A stretch of DNA of 64,000 nt, taken from the IMG/VR virus record IMGVR_UViG_3300027972_000007, positions 64,001-128,000 of that record. One strand, given 5' to 3'. The stretch is from a virus. The stretch's first letter is position 1, and each line of letters begins with the position of its first letter. The notes beneath the pieces are model-generated. The model did not search any database. It saw nothing but the letters and a program-made list of their open reading frames with translations, and was not told the origin of the DNA. Shown piece after piece: positions 28,593-39,144 of this stretch. The translations under genes were made by a program, and so were the position numbers.

Positions 28593-29765
28593 TTAAAATA
28601 TTTTCAAAATTTGTTTACATAGTTTTATTGTTTCAATATCGCCAGTATTTTTATTGGGGTCGTCTGATAATTTAACTGATTTTACCCATAAACCATCAAC
28701 CACACATTCAGTTAATTTAATAACAATATTTAGTGGTTTTGCTCCCACATCATTGGTAAACCATGTACCAACTCCATAAAAATCGTTTATAAAACCATTA
28801 CATGCTTTATGAATTACAGAAATTTGTGAAACACTTTTTAAATTATCTGAAAAAACTATTTGTTTCGTCTGCGAATCAATACTCAAATTATGATACTTCG
28901 AAATTATTTTTCTAGCAAATTCTATCGGATCGCCGCTATCTTGTCTAACTCCATCAAAAATTCTTGCATATAATGAATCAAAACTATTTAAAAAATTATT
29001 AGTAGTAAAAGTATCAGGTAAAGCAATACCTAAATTTCCTTTATAAACATCTACCCAATTTTTCATCGCCATTCGATTTGCCCACTGGAACCCGAAGCGT
29101 GCTGCATGAAATTGAGTCCATTCATGTGCTTGAGTTCCTATAGGTAATATATCAAATTCTTTTGCGATACTTAAATTGCTCGACCCAAATAAAAAATTTC
29201 CATGCTCAATAAAATCTCTAACAACATTAAAATGATTATTATAAGAAAATCTTCTTCTAGTACCAAAATCTGTAATAACAACATCAAGTTTATTTAATTC
29301 TTTTGCTTTTCTCTTATTATATAATCTCAAATCTTCTGCAGATTTTTGTGTTCCTGCAGTTTTTTCAAAATAAAGTTGAGATATAGTTGCCATTAAAGGC
29401 ACTTCCCAAAGAATAGTTCTATACCAGTAACCTTCGATATGAATTTTTAATTCTGAACCAACTTGTTCGATTATTACTTCGCTCGGATCATATTCATAAC
29501 CATCGAGAAAATCTAAATAAAATGGATTTAAATAATAACATTTCTGTCTTAAAAACTTCTTTTCTTCTTTTGTTAATTTAATTCCTCTGAAAGTTTCAAC
29601 TATTCGTTTTAATTCGTCTGCAAAACCATTAGGAAATGATCTATTATCCCTATTAAAAAATTCATATCTTACTACTTTATCTGGATATAATTTGCATACT
29701 GCATTTTGCATTGTAAATTTATATAAATCATTATCTAAAAAATCATTCACATATCCATTACTCAT
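28593..29765 (-). CDS. pncB: nicotinate phosphoribosyltransferase
   Basis: DLYKFTM, DFGTRRR, GTQAHEW, RQDSGDP, FSD. Confidence 0.95.
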   Translation of the reverse strand: MSNGYVNDFLDNDLYKFTMQNAVCKLYPDKVVRYEFFNRDNRSFPNGFADELKRIVETFRGIKLTKEEKKFLRQKCYYLNPFYLDFLDGYEYDPSEVIIEQVGSELKIHIEGYWYRTILWEVPLMATISQLYFEKTAGTQKSAEDLRLYNKRKAKELNKLDVVITDFGTRRRFSYNNHFNVVRDFIEHGNFLFGSSNLSIAKEFDILPIGTQAHEWTQFHAARFGFQWANRMAMKNWVDVYKGNLGIALPDTFTTNNFLNSFDSLYARIFDGVRQDSGDPIEFARKIISKYHNLSIDSQTKQIVFSDNLKSVSQISVIHKACNGFINDFYGVGTWFTNDVGAKPLNIVIKLTECVVDGLWVKSVKLSDDPNKNTGDIETIKLCKQILKIF

Positions 29766-29797
29766 AATGTCATTCCTTTATCACATTAGTTCAAGAT

Positions 29798-29992
29798 TTA
29801 GTAATCGAATTTTCCAGTTAATTTAGTATATAATTTACGTAACAAATCGATTTGGTTGGCTATAACGTTGGGATATAGAGAACCGACCATCATACTTTTT
29901 AGTTCCGTTCGCGCTTTAATTTCTTCTTTGATTTTTTCTGGTTCTGTTAATCTTAAAGCGTTTTCGATTGACAACGTTTTTGGTAATGCCAT
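29798..29992 (-). CDS. small hypothetical protein
   Basis: GAGGA RBS. Confidence 0.7.
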   Translation of the reverse strand: MALPKTLSIENALRLTEPEKIKEEIKARTELKSMMVGSLYPNVIANQIDLLRKLYTKLTGKFDY

Positions 29993-30007
29993 GATTTTAT
30001 CCTCATC

Positions 30008-30325
30008 TTATAGTATTGTAACATCAAAATCTTTAAAATGCTGCGACATAATATATGCAGTAAAAGCTATTTTATATTCATTTTCGATATTTGAAGTTAA
30101 TAAAGCTCTTAAATATCTCATTATTTTTTTCTTATCTTCAAATTCAGGTATTAAAATATCTATATGATCTCTTGTTAATTTTTCCTTTATCCATAAAGAA
30201 ACAAATTTATTCCATTTATTATTTTTTGTTTTAAATGTATGCGGAATTTCTTCATATTTTAATGTATATAAAGATTCGTTACCACAAATTACTGACCAAT
30301 TATCGACATCTTTAATTTCTATCAT
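30008..30325 (-). CDS. hypothetical protein
   Basis: GAGGA RBS. Confidence 0.75.
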   Translation of the reverse strand: MIEIKDVDNWSVICGNESLYTLKYEEIPHTFKTKNNKWNKFVSLWIKEKLTRDHIDILIPEFEDKKKIMRYLRALLTSNIENEYKIAFTAYIMSQHFKDFDVTIL

Positions 30326-30498
30326 TCAATCCTCATAAACATCAATTCCACAAATATTTTCGTCTTGCCATTGAAATTTGAAAATGTATATTGTATTATT
30401 ATATTTTATTTTTATTTCTTCTGTTGGATATGCAACTTTTTTAATTACTGTTCTAAAAATAGAAAAAAATTTTGAATGTTCATTAACAAAAATTTCTT

Positions 30499-30717
30499 TC
30501 ATGATATTTTCTTTTTCTTGTTCTTTTTTAAAACAATTTTTTCTAAATCAGTTATTCTCTTTTTAAGTTTTTTAAACTCTTCTTGAATTACATATAACGA
30601 TCCGAGCATTTGATTAGATTGAATTGGAGGATCTGGAAATAATTCCGGAGCTTTATATGGATTTTTTTCCACACGAAGTTTCATACACTCTTCATTTGCT
30701 TTTTCTATTAAAGTCAT
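30499..30717 (-). CDS. hypothetical early protein
   Basis: AAACAGGAG RBS behind promoter. Confidence 0.75.
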   Translation of the reverse strand: MTLIEKANEECMKLRVEKNPYKAPELFPDPPIQSNQMLGSLYVIQEEFKKLKKRITDLEKIVLKKNKKKKIS

Positions 30718-30755
30718 ATCAATCTCCTGTTTAACTTGTTCAATTTCTTTTCATG

Positions 30756-30788
30756 TTATAATATATATTATAAAAAGAAATAAGTCAA
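30756..30788 (-). promoter_or_regulatory. phage early promoter family copy, upstream of the NAD/TerY-P operon
   Basis: TTGACT plus perfect palindrome. Confidence 0.85.
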
Positions 30789-30815
30789 TAAGTATTTTAA
30801 ATTATTTTTGATATA

Positions 30816-31136
30816 TTATATAGCTATAAAATCTTTATTATCAATATCGGGATTGTGGTATATTAAATTATCTTGTTTAATTGTTTGTTCCATTAATTCT
30901 CTACCACAATTTTGAAACCCTTTTTGATATGTCTCATTTAATAAATCATTCATAAATTTAATAAACGTATCATTTGACCCATATTTATCTTTATATATCC
31001 CACCTTTAAGAGAACAAATAAATTGGTTTTTATATTTAATCACAAATTTTTCATAACCATCTTCTAATTCTTCTTCTACTGTATATGGTTTTTCTAAAGT
31101 AATGCAACCACAAATACAACCTTCTTGTTTATTCAT
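30816..31136 (-). CDS. hypothetical protein
   Basis: ORF track. Confidence 0.7.
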   Translation of the reverse strand: MNKQEGCICGCITLEKPYTVEEELEDGYEKFVIKYKNQFICSLKGGIYKDKYGSNDTFIKFMNDLLNETYQKGFQNCGRELMEQTIKQDNLIYHNPDIDNKDFIAI

Positions 31137-31138
31137 AT

Positions 31139-32383
31139 TTAAATTTCCTCCATAGTAAATTTTAAAGATTGTGATTTTTCCTTCTTTTCTTTTTCTTCTT
31201 CAACATCATTAAACCAAATTTTCTTTTCTTTTAAAATCTCATTTTTTCCTGTAAACATTGAACTGTTTTCGTCATAAATAAATTCGGCATTATCTTTAAA
31301 ATAATCAATTTTAAATATATATCCAATTTCAATGTAATTATCTATTATTGTCAAATAATTTTTTTCTAAACTAAAATTATTTAATGTTTGTATTATATTA
31401 CCAAATAATTTAGTTGAAGGATTAAATGTATTATTCAATAACATAATATATGGTGTTTTTATTTCATTAAAAAATTCAGAATTAATTTCTTTTGAAACTT
31501 CGTCTATTTTAAAATATTTAATGAAATTTTTATACTTTTCTAAATCTAAATTACTTTCAACATTCTCATCAATTAAAATTAAATCAAATATTCCTAAATC
31601 TTTAAATGTTTTTTTGATCATTTTTTTTACTATTTCAATATCATTTTTTTCTTTTTTAATCATATAAAATGTTAATATTTTTTTATTTTTCTCTCCAAAT
31701 TCTTCAATTAATGAAGTATATTCAAAACAATTTAAATTATTTTTCTTATTACCACAAATTACTATTTTAATATTTTTTCCTTCAATCTGCTTTTCTAATG
31801 TTTTCCAAAAACCTTTTTTTGCTTCTGAAAGATTCGATTCTATACCTATAATGATAATTTTTTTATACCCTAATTCAATTGCCATTTTAACAGTATTAGT
31901 TTCATTATTAGAGCATTCATTATTAAGATAATTTATACTGAAAGGTTTTGACAAATCAAGTATAATAGTTTTATCATTAGTATCATTTTTACTGTCTTCA
32001 GTTTCGTTTTCGAAAAAACTACAATAATATGTTGGCTGCCAATTAGATTTTTGACAATAATCGTCAAATTCTTTCATCAAAAAAGTATCAACATTTTCGG
32101 GTATATTATGAATGCCATATTCTTCTAATGTTTTTATAGAATTTTCATTATTTAATACTATTAATGCTGTTTTTTCATTATTTTTTATTTCTGAAATATC
32201 AGTAATTTCTTTTTTAATATCAGGTATTTCTATCATTTGTTGTCCAATAACTTTAAATATATCTTTATATTTCAAAGCAAAATCATTAGAAACAAGATAA
32301 TATTTTCCCATCTCATACATTTTATTTTCAACTTTCTGCGTGATTCCGTCCTTTAAAACTACCTTAAAAAACATTTGATTCAT
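31139..32383 (-). CDS. divergent glycosyltransferase-like protein
   Basis: AIELGYKKIIIIG resembles GT29/MAF-type motif; C-terminal GT-A-like region. Confidence 0.5.
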   Translation of the reverse strand: MNQMFFKVVLKDGITQKVENKMYEMGKYYLVSNDFALKYKDIFKVIGQQMIEIPDIKKEITDISEIKNNEKTALIVLNNENSIKTLEEYGIHNIPENVDTFLMKEFDDYCQKSNWQPTYYCSFFENETEDSKNDTNDKTIILDLSKPFSINYLNNECSNNETNTVKMAIELGYKKIIIIGIESNLSEAKKGFWKTLEKQIEGKNIKIVICGNKKNNLNCFEYTSLIEEFGEKNKKILTFYMIKKEKNDIEIVKKMIKKTFKDLGIFDLILIDENVESNLDLEKYKNFIKYFKIDEVSKEINSEFFNEIKTPYIMLLNNTFNPSTKLFGNIIQTLNNFSLEKNYLTIIDNYIEIGYIFKIDYFKDNAEFIYDENSSMFTGKNEILKEKKIWFNDVEEEKEKKEKSQSLKFTMEEI

Positions 32384-32393
32384 AATTACTCCA

Positions 32394-33080
32394 TTATTTT
32401 AGATTTAGTTTATTTTTTAAATTTTCATATTCGTTATTTGTAATAAAATTAAAAATTCTTTCTTTAAATTTTATTAATTTAACTATAGAATTTTTATTTA
32501 TTGAAAAATTATACTTTTCTCGTACTCTTTTACTCCATTCTACATCTTCGCCATACCCCCATATTAAATTTTCATTTAAAGGAAATTCTTCCATAATTCT
32601 TTTTTTGGCAACCCAATATGCGCCGGAAATATACATAAATTTGCTTAATCTTGTTTCTTCATATGGTAAAAGATAATTACTAATTCCTAATTTATTAGCA
32701 TCTTCAGCCCATAAAGTCCAATCGCGATATCTATCTTCCGTTGTATTCAATATTTGATTCATACAAATATCAAAATTATTACCGAAGATAACAAAATTTT
32801 TATACCAATTTTCATCAAAAATAATATAGTCATGCAAATAAACTATATTATCAAAATTAGCTTCTTCAGTTATAATATTCTTTTTTCTAGTTATCCATAA
32901 AGATTTGGTATTTTCATCGAAACTGATAACACTCATATTTTTTCTATCAAGATTAGAATTGCCAACTATAATAATCTCATAATCACTATCGTTTATATTT
33001 AATCGTTCTATTGAATTAAGAATCTGTTCAATTCTGCTATCATTTTTACCATTAGTAATTATTCCAAATGTGAATTGCAT
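32394..33080 (-). CDS. GT-A glycosyltransferase
   Basis: FTFGIIT, EIIIVG, YLHDY, GEDVEWS. Confidence 0.8.
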   Translation of the reverse strand: MQFTFGIITNGKNDSRIEQILNSIERLNINDSDYEIIIVGNSNLDRKNMSVISFDENTKSLWITRKKNIITEEANFDNIVYLHDYIIFDENWYKNFVIFGNNFDICMNQILNTTEDRYRDWTLWAEDANKLGISNYLLPYEETRLSKFMYISGAYWVAKKRIMEEFPLNENLIWGYGEDVEWSKRVREKYNFSINKNSIVKLIKFKERIFNFITNNEYENLKNKLNLK

Positions 33081-33082
33081 AA

Positions 33083-33535
33083 TTATCTCAATTGTTTTGA
33101 ATATTTTTCAATAAAATTGCTACAAATACCGCCACAACCTACCAATAAAGAATTACCATATCTCGATAATTCGGGCATCACTAAAATACATTTTCTGTTA
33201 ATATTTTCTGATGGAAACGTCCATATCCAACCATCTGAAGTTAATGTGTATGAATCTCTTTCATGCCAGAAACATCGAATATTATTTTCTAATAAAAACG
33301 TTAAAGTTTCTAATGATTTTGCGTGGCACCAAAAACGATCATTTTTTAAATAATTTAAATCTATTTTATATTTAGGAGAATCATGACCGAGATATATATT
33401 AATATTATCTACCCAAACATCAATTTCAACATCAAATCCCATTTTAAGAGTTTTTTCAATATATCCGGGATAATTTTCTAATGATGGATTTGGTCCTTCT
33501 ATATTTCCTCTATGTGATATGAATAACATAATCAC
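33083..33535 (-). CDS. PLC-like / GDPD-like phosphodiesterase
   Basis: ISHRGN, ENY, DVEIDVW, LGHD. Confidence 0.8.
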   Translation of the reverse strand: MIMLFISHRGNIEGPNPSLENYPGYIEKTLKMGFDVEIDVWVDNINIYLGHDSPKYKIDLNYLKNDRFWCHAKSLETLTFLLENNIRCFWHERDSYTLTSDGWIWTFPSENINRKCILVMPELSRYGNSLLVGCGGICSNFIEKYSKQLR

Positions 33536-33584
33536 TCCTTTATCGATTTCATTATAATATAGGTAAAATATACGTTATTTCATA

Positions 33585-33648
33585 CCTAGAATTGAGGATA
33601 ATTTTTAATGTACTTTGATATTACTTTCCAATTATCTTCAATTGTAGT
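33585..33648 (-). repeat. dispersed 64-bp hairpin repeat, copy 3 (reverse orientation; core TCAAAG relative to arms)
   Basis: Reverse complement matches copy 4. Confidence 0.9.
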
Positions 33649-33685
33649 GTTAAAATCTACCCTATTTTACATAGTTTTTAACCTT

Positions 33686-34726
33686 TTAATTAATTGTTAA
33701 ATCCAACTTCTCAAATCTTCTATTTTGGGTAGTTAAACCTTTAATAGAATCTATAGTTCCGAGCATTTTAATACATTCCGTTTCTTCTATTAATTCTGTA
33801 TGATAACTCGTATAGCTCAAATTTGGAATGCCGAACATTAGAATACTTATATTGAATTTAGTGAATAAATCTCTAAAACAATTTTTCATCCATTCATTAT
33901 CAACAATATTCAACGTATTTTCAAATCCAATTCTTCTATCCCATAATCTTTCTCTTTGTTTATCATAAAATGTATTATTTTTCAAATATTTTTTAATTTC
34001 TTCATTAACACAAATAAAATTATAATTATATTTTTCATTAAAATGATATATGAACCACTCATATAATGGAAATTCAAAAATGGGTTTAATTTGCAATAAA
34101 ACATCTAATAATGATTTATTATTAATTTTTTCAATATGATCTTTCATATCATTTAGAATATTTTTATCGAAAAACCAATTACCAACTTCCCAAAAATAGT
34201 ATGGTTTATAATTTGTTCTTAAAATAATATTACAATTTTCCATTAATGTTGCATACGACATTTTAGGATATTCAGCATTATCATCATTATTAGTATAAAA
34301 ATAATATTTTTCTTTTTCAAAAAAGTTAGTAAAAATATCTTCAATCTTACATTGCCTGATAAACAACGATTCAGAATCAACAACTAAATTAAATCTATTT
34401 TCACTATAATATAAACCCAATAATTTTTTTACTGCTTGAAATGACCATTTTCCTTGTGAAATATTATCGTACAATCTTCTATATAATTCATCACCGGAAA
34501 TATCAACATTAAATAATGATTTTATTATATTATCAATAGAAACTATTTTAATATTCCATTTAACATCATCTAAATAATCTATCAATTCGAGACATTCTTT
34601 ATTTGATGAAGTTACACAAATTATATTCAATTTATCTATATCTTGAACAAATTTATTACAAGATTCGATAAATTTTTTTACTCTATAAAAATGTGGAAAA
34701 TAAGTCGAAATTATTATTGAGTACAT
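33686..34726 (-). CDS. GT-A-like protein
   Basis: FQAVKKL, LVVDSE, FEFPLY. Confidence 0.65.
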   Translation of the reverse strand: MYSIIISTYFPHFYRVKKFIESCNKFVQDIDKLNIICVTSSNKECLELIDYLDDVKWNIKIVSIDNIIKSLFNVDISGDELYRRLYDNISQGKWSFQAVKKLLGLYYSENRFNLVVDSESLFIRQCKIEDIFTNFFEKEKYYFYTNNDDNAEYPKMSYATLMENCNIILRTNYKPYYFWEVGNWFFDKNILNDMKDHIEKINNKSLLDVLLQIKPIFEFPLYEWFIYHFNEKYNYNFICVNEEIKKYLKNNTFYDKQRERLWDRRIGFENTLNIVDNEWMKNCFRDLFTKFNISILMFGIPNLSYTSYHTELIEETECIKMLGTIDSIKGLTTQNRRFEKLDLTIN

Positions 34727-34890
34727 TTTTCTAATTTTGTTTCTTTTTCTTTTAAATTAATATGACTAATTTCAACATCAAATATTTTTAGCGATTCATT
34801 TAAATTTTTAATTTCTTCAGTATCTATTATTTTTTCATGATATTTTGTTTTATTAAAATCCAGATACTGTCTAACTCTTAAAAGCATTCT

Positions 34891-35136
34891 TTATCCTTTC
34901 TTTTTGTTGGGGTTTTTAGTATTTTTTTTAGTATTAAATAATGTTTTTTGAGGTATGAAAAATGCGCTAGTCATATACGTCTCATTTTCTAATATATCTT
35001 TCGAACAAAATTTTTTATAATCTAAACACTCCGAAAAATTAGCTATATCGGGTCTTTTACATTCTGCTTTTGCCGTAAAAGATATTCTATCCATGAACCA
35101 TAATATTCTTTCTCTACAAGAATCACATTTACTCAT
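34891..35136 (-). CDS. small Cys-containing hypothetical protein
   Basis: ORF track. Confidence 0.6.
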   Translation of the reverse strand: MSKCDSCRERILWFMDRISFTAKAECKRPDIANFSECLDYKKFCSKDILENETYMTSAFFIPQKTLFNTKKNTKNPNKKKG

Positions 35137-35851
35137 AATTTATCTTTCTATTGTAACTAACTCCCGTGCTCATTAATGGGTAATCGGTATAATCGTTCCA
35201 TTCTTTAAAATCCCATTTTGTTGTATTTAATTCATCGAAAAATTTCTTTACTTGCCAATGTCTTGAATCGTATAAATCATCAAATATAATTATAGTATCG
35301 TCGTGAGATGATATTTTACTATATTGCCAATCAAATCCAACTCCTTTATAACTGTGGTCGCCATCTATTAAAATCAAATCATAATCATTCTTTGGTTTAA
35401 TGAAATCTAATATGGTTGAATTATGAAATTGTATTTTTTCGTTAGTTAAATCTTTAAAATCAGAATGAACAATATTTTTATTGGTATATTTCCATATATC
35501 ATAATCTGTATGATGAGGATACCAAAAATGAGCATGAACTTTTTTATTTGTTGGGTATTTTCCTTGTTCGTCATACCCTCCTCTAATAATATCAAAACTA
35601 TCAACATATCCATCAATATTCAATTCGTCTAATGCTTGAGCCATAATATTAGCTGAATCATAATGCATACTTCCAATCTCTAATATATATGTTGGTTTTA
35701 ACATTTTAACCAATGTATACATGCATGAACGTGTATGATTACGCCTATTATTATACATAGAATTATTATTTTGAACATTTCCTTCGGGAACATTTGAAAT
35801 GTCTTTAAAATAATTACCGAATTCTCTTTTAATAAATTCTATTTTATTCAT
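35129..35851 (-). CDS. class I SAM-dependent methyltransferase (Methyltransf_24-like)
   Basis: ILEIGS, LIDGDHSY, IFDD. Confidence 0.85.
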   Translation of the reverse strand: MNKIEFIKREFGNYFKDISNVPEGNVQNNNSMYNNRRNHTRSCMYTLVKMLKPTYILEIGSMHYDSANIMAQALDELNIDGYVDSFDIIRGGYDEQGKYPTNKKVHAHFWYPHHTDYDIWKYTNKNIVHSDFKDLTNEKIQFHNSTILDFIKPKNDYDLILIDGDHSYKGVGFDWQYSKISSHDDTIIIFDDLYDSRHWQVKKFFDELNTTKWDFKEWNDYTDYPLMSTGVSYNRKINYE

Positions 35852-36028
35852 TATTTTTTTCCAAAAATTCTACAATATTATTTAATTCGGTTAATTTTGC
35901 TTTTTCACAGTTTTGTTTATACCCATTACCTGTTATTTCTTCTTCTGCAATACGATTTTCTATTTCTATTTTACGATTTCGAATATATTTCAATAAATTT
36001 ATTATTAACACCTGATTACCTCCAGTTT

Positions 36029-36532
36029 TTATATACCCATTCTTTCTTCAAAATCTTTTCTTATATGTTCAAAATATAAATTAAAAATTGGCAATTTATA
36101 ATATTTTGCTATTCTTAAAGCTTGCGCAGTCCCCCCAGCTAACCCACCATTTTTAGTCCAACAAATTACAAAAGAACTTAATGTTTTTAAATCTTTTCCT
36201 AATATTTGTAATACATTTCTTGCATGCAATAATTTTACTGGTTCGCTTAATTTATTCCATACTGGATGAAATTTCTCGGCTATTTTAAAAGCTTCATAAG
36301 GAATATTATATAATTCACTTTTAGAATTATTAAATCCTTTCCAAGGAATAAAAATTTCCTTTTTATCGTTTGCCCCACTTTCAAATGCTAAATCCGCACC
36401 GTCTGCGCCGCCACTTCTTAAAATATAATTTTTATTGCACAAATAATTAGCGATATTTTTTATTAAAATTAAAATATTATCTGGAGTTTGCCTTGAACCA
36501 ATTCCAGTATAATATTTAACGATGTTTTTCAT
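36029..36532 (-). CDS. SLOG-superfamily (DprA/Smf-like) nucleotide-binding protein
   Basis: YTGIGSRQTP, LRSGGADGAD, GGT. Confidence 0.85.
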   Translation of the reverse strand: MKNIVKYYTGIGSRQTPDNILILIKNIANYLCNKNYILRSGGADGADLAFESGANDKKEIFIPWKGFNNSKSELYNIPYEAFKIAEKFHPVWNKLSEPVKLLHARNVLQILGKDLKTLSSFVICWTKNGGLAGGTAQALRIAKYYKLPIFNLYFEHIRKDFEERMGI

Positions 36533-36536
36533 AATA

Positions 36537-36875
36537 TTATTTTACTTCTTCGTATGTTTGTTCGAAAATGTCTGGTTTGCATGGATAATACTCTCCCTTT
36601 ACGCCAGTTATAATCCAATCACCAGGACATACATTATGGCCGTCTTCTAGTGTATCTATCCAGCCATGTTCATACATTTTATGATTACATTTAGAACATA
36701 ATATGTCGTTGGTAACGTCTGGCCGCCGAAAATATCTGACTACTTCACCCTCGCGAGCAATTACTGGAATTTTTCCTGTATCTTCGAATGGTCTAAAACA
36801 ATCATCTTTAGGATGATCTCCATTTTTAAACCACTGAAAAGCTTCAACAACTATTGGTTTTTTCCTGCATTTCAT
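36537..36875 (-). CDS. conserved phage protein
   Basis: KKPIVVEAFQW...PGDWII...YPCKPDIFEQTYE. Confidence 0.8.
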   Translation of the reverse strand: MKCRKKPIVVEAFQWFKNGDHPKDDCFRPFEDTGKIPVIAREGEVVRYFRRPDVTNDILCSKCNHKMYEHGWIDTLEDGHNVCPGDWIITGVKGEYYPCKPDIFEQTYEEVK

Positions 36876-36881
36876 AATTAC

Positions 36882-37553
36882 CTACCTTTCATACATTTCT
36901 TTTGTAAATCTATGTAAATGTCTTTCATATACTGGTATCCCCGAATCATATAAACTAAAATGATTGCCATTTTCAGAACAAATCCAAAATTCGTTTTTAT
37001 GGCGATATGAACCAATAGCGTCTGGTGCTTGTCTTGGATGGCATATTTTTTTTAAATAATTACTATTAGCCCACCACATACCTCCAGAATAATGAAGTAC
37101 TGGCTCTGTTCTTAAGTCGACACCGCATGTATCATTAAGTTTTAATTTTTCAATGCATGTTTCATATTTTTCGAGCAAAAAATAAAGCATATATTTTCGC
37201 CAATCCTCTAAACACTCATTTTTTTGTTTTATATTATAATTAATTCCTTTTGAATGAACATAACAAATATTTCTATCATTTTTTTGTGCAAAATCATATA
37301 ATTTTTCTAATGTTGGGTATTCATAGTCATTAGCATTATTATCAATTAAATTATATTCTTTTATTTCATTTTTATCTAATATTATTCTTATATCGTTGAT
37401 AGAACCTTCAATACAATTAACACAAATAAATTTTTCCGAACAATCATTATCCAAAAAAATTTTAGCTTTTTTTATTATTTCATCAACTATAATTTTATAC
37501 CTATTCATAGTTGTTATATGAAAGAAGAATGAATTTTTCATTTTATTCTCCAA
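36882..37553 (-). CDS. glycosyltransferase-like protein
   Basis: YEYPTL, YVHSKG, HYSGGMWWA. Confidence 0.65.
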   Translation of the reverse strand: MENKMKNSFFFHITTMNRYKIIVDEIIKKAKIFLDNDCSEKFICVNCIEGSINDIRIILDKNEIKEYNLIDNNANDYEYPTLEKLYDFAQKNDRNICYVHSKGINYNIKQKNECLEDWRKYMLYFLLEKYETCIEKLKLNDTCGVDLRTEPVLHYSGGMWWANSNYLKKICHPRQAPDAIGSYRHKNEFWICSENGNHFSLYDSGIPVYERHLHRFTKEMYER

Positions 37554-37641
37554 AATATTTTATACCCGCAAATAATTGGTGTTATTACTAACAAAATAGT
37601 AAGATATGCAATTAAGAATAATAGCAAACGAAAAATAATAA

Positions 37642-38595
37642 TCATTTCATTTTACCATAATAATTATCAAAAAATTGACGATCAACATTATCAAAATCAC
37701 TTGAAATAGTATTATAAACGTTATGTATAGCAAATGAATTTTTAATCCCTAACATTTTAGTTTTCTTTTCTTCTCGCAATAAATTCAATGGAACTTCATC
37801 AAACATATCAAGAAACAAATCTTTTCTTCTGAACATTTCTTCCCATAAATCAGTTTTAATAAAGAAAAATGAATTGCAAAGATATGGCATATTTATTTCA
37901 AAAAAACTATACTCTTTTTTCTCTAAAAACTTGCCACAATTATCTAATAAAAAATTATGCATTATTATTGTGGATTCCCTACTGATTCTGATAGGATGAA
38001 TTCCTTTAAAATATTTTCTTGCACAATTTAATTCTTCGACGCCCTTATAAAAATTATCTTGATTCCATATATTAGTTTCAGTTGTATATTTATTTAATGG
38101 CGAATAATTAACTCCCCAATGATTAGCTAAAAATTTTGTTTTAAGAAAAGAGTCGAATATTTCTTTTTTATACTTTTCATCAAAATGATCTTCGATAAAA
38201 TAATCAATAGTTGGTATACCAGTAGATAAACTTGGGGCAATTAAAAAATTATCTTCATTATCTAAAACATTAATATTCTCAATAATATAATCCCATAAAT
38301 AATTATTAAGAAAAATATCTTCGTCTAATTTACAGGAATATTCACATTCGTGATTACAAAAATTGGCATACTTTTTTTGATAATTAAATCCATAAGGATA
38401 GAACAACAATTCAACTATAATACCATTTTCTTTTAATTTATCCATATTAGATTTTAAAACTGTATCATTTTTTTCTAAATGACAACGAAACAATATTTCT
38501 TTTTTGTTTTCTTCTTTAATTTTAATTAAAAAATCAACTAAAAAAGAACTATAGTGATAACGGCGATATGGAAGATAGTTTATACAGATTTTCAT
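37642..38595 (-). CDS. GT-A glycosyltransferase
   Basis: KLDED DxD motif, FDEVPLN. Confidence 0.7.
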   Translation of the reverse strand: MKICINYLPYRRYHYSSFLVDFLIKIKEENKKEILFRCHLEKNDTVLKSNMDKLKENGIIVELLFYPYGFNYQKKYANFCNHECEYSCKLDEDIFLNNYLWDYIIENINVLDNEDNFLIAPSLSTGIPTIDYFIEDHFDEKYKKEIFDSFLKTKFLANHWGVNYSPLNKYTTETNIWNQDNFYKGVEELNCARKYFKGIHPIRISRESTIIMHNFLLDNCGKFLEKKEYSFFEINMPYLCNSFFFIKTDLWEEMFRRKDLFLDMFDEVPLNLLREEKKTKMLGIKNSFAIHNVYNTISSDFDNVDRQFFDNYYGKMK

Positions 38596-38783
38596 ATTTT
38601 TTTATTTTCCCAAGATAGTCCATAATATACAAAAAGAATTATTGCCAATATTACAATACTCCTAATTGGGTCTTCAATAGTTCTTTTAATAGTATTTGTA
38701 ATTGCTGGCGGTAACATTATAATGATAGCTAAATAAATAATACACAAAGAAATGATATTTGCTATTTTTTTAAATTTTACCAT
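38592..38783 (-). CDS. small membrane protein
   Basis: 2 TM; GAGG RBS. Confidence 0.65.
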   Translation of the reverse strand: MVKFKKIANIISLCIIYLAIIIMLPPAITNTIKRTIEDPIRSIVILAIILFVYYGLSWENKKI

Positions 38784-38946
38784 ATTTTTACTACCTCAAT
38801 AAAATGATAATCTTTATTTTCAATACCTAATTTTAATGTTTCTGCTATTTTTTTCATAGTATTAATATCAGAAACACATAATTCTTTTTTTGTTTTCTTT
38901 CTTAATAATCCTCTTCCAACTTTATCAAATATTGCATATAATTTTT

Positions 38947-39144
38947 TCATAAACCAGTTTCTTCTTCTATTATTTTTCTTGCAAGTATTAACCCTCGATA
39001 ATAATTTTTATAGATGTTAATTCTACTAGATTCTTCAATACAATTATCTATTCTTTCAATAATATTTTTTAAATAATTCGAAATTTTTGGTGGAAGATTT
39101 GGTCTTTCTTCTTTTATATTTTCTGGCTTTATTTTATTTTCCAT
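38947..39144 (-). CDS. hypothetical protein
   Basis: Coupled ORF. Confidence 0.6.
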   Translation of the reverse strand: MENKIKPENIKEERPNLPPKISNYLKNIIERIDNCIEESSRINIYKNYYRGLILARKIIEEETGL

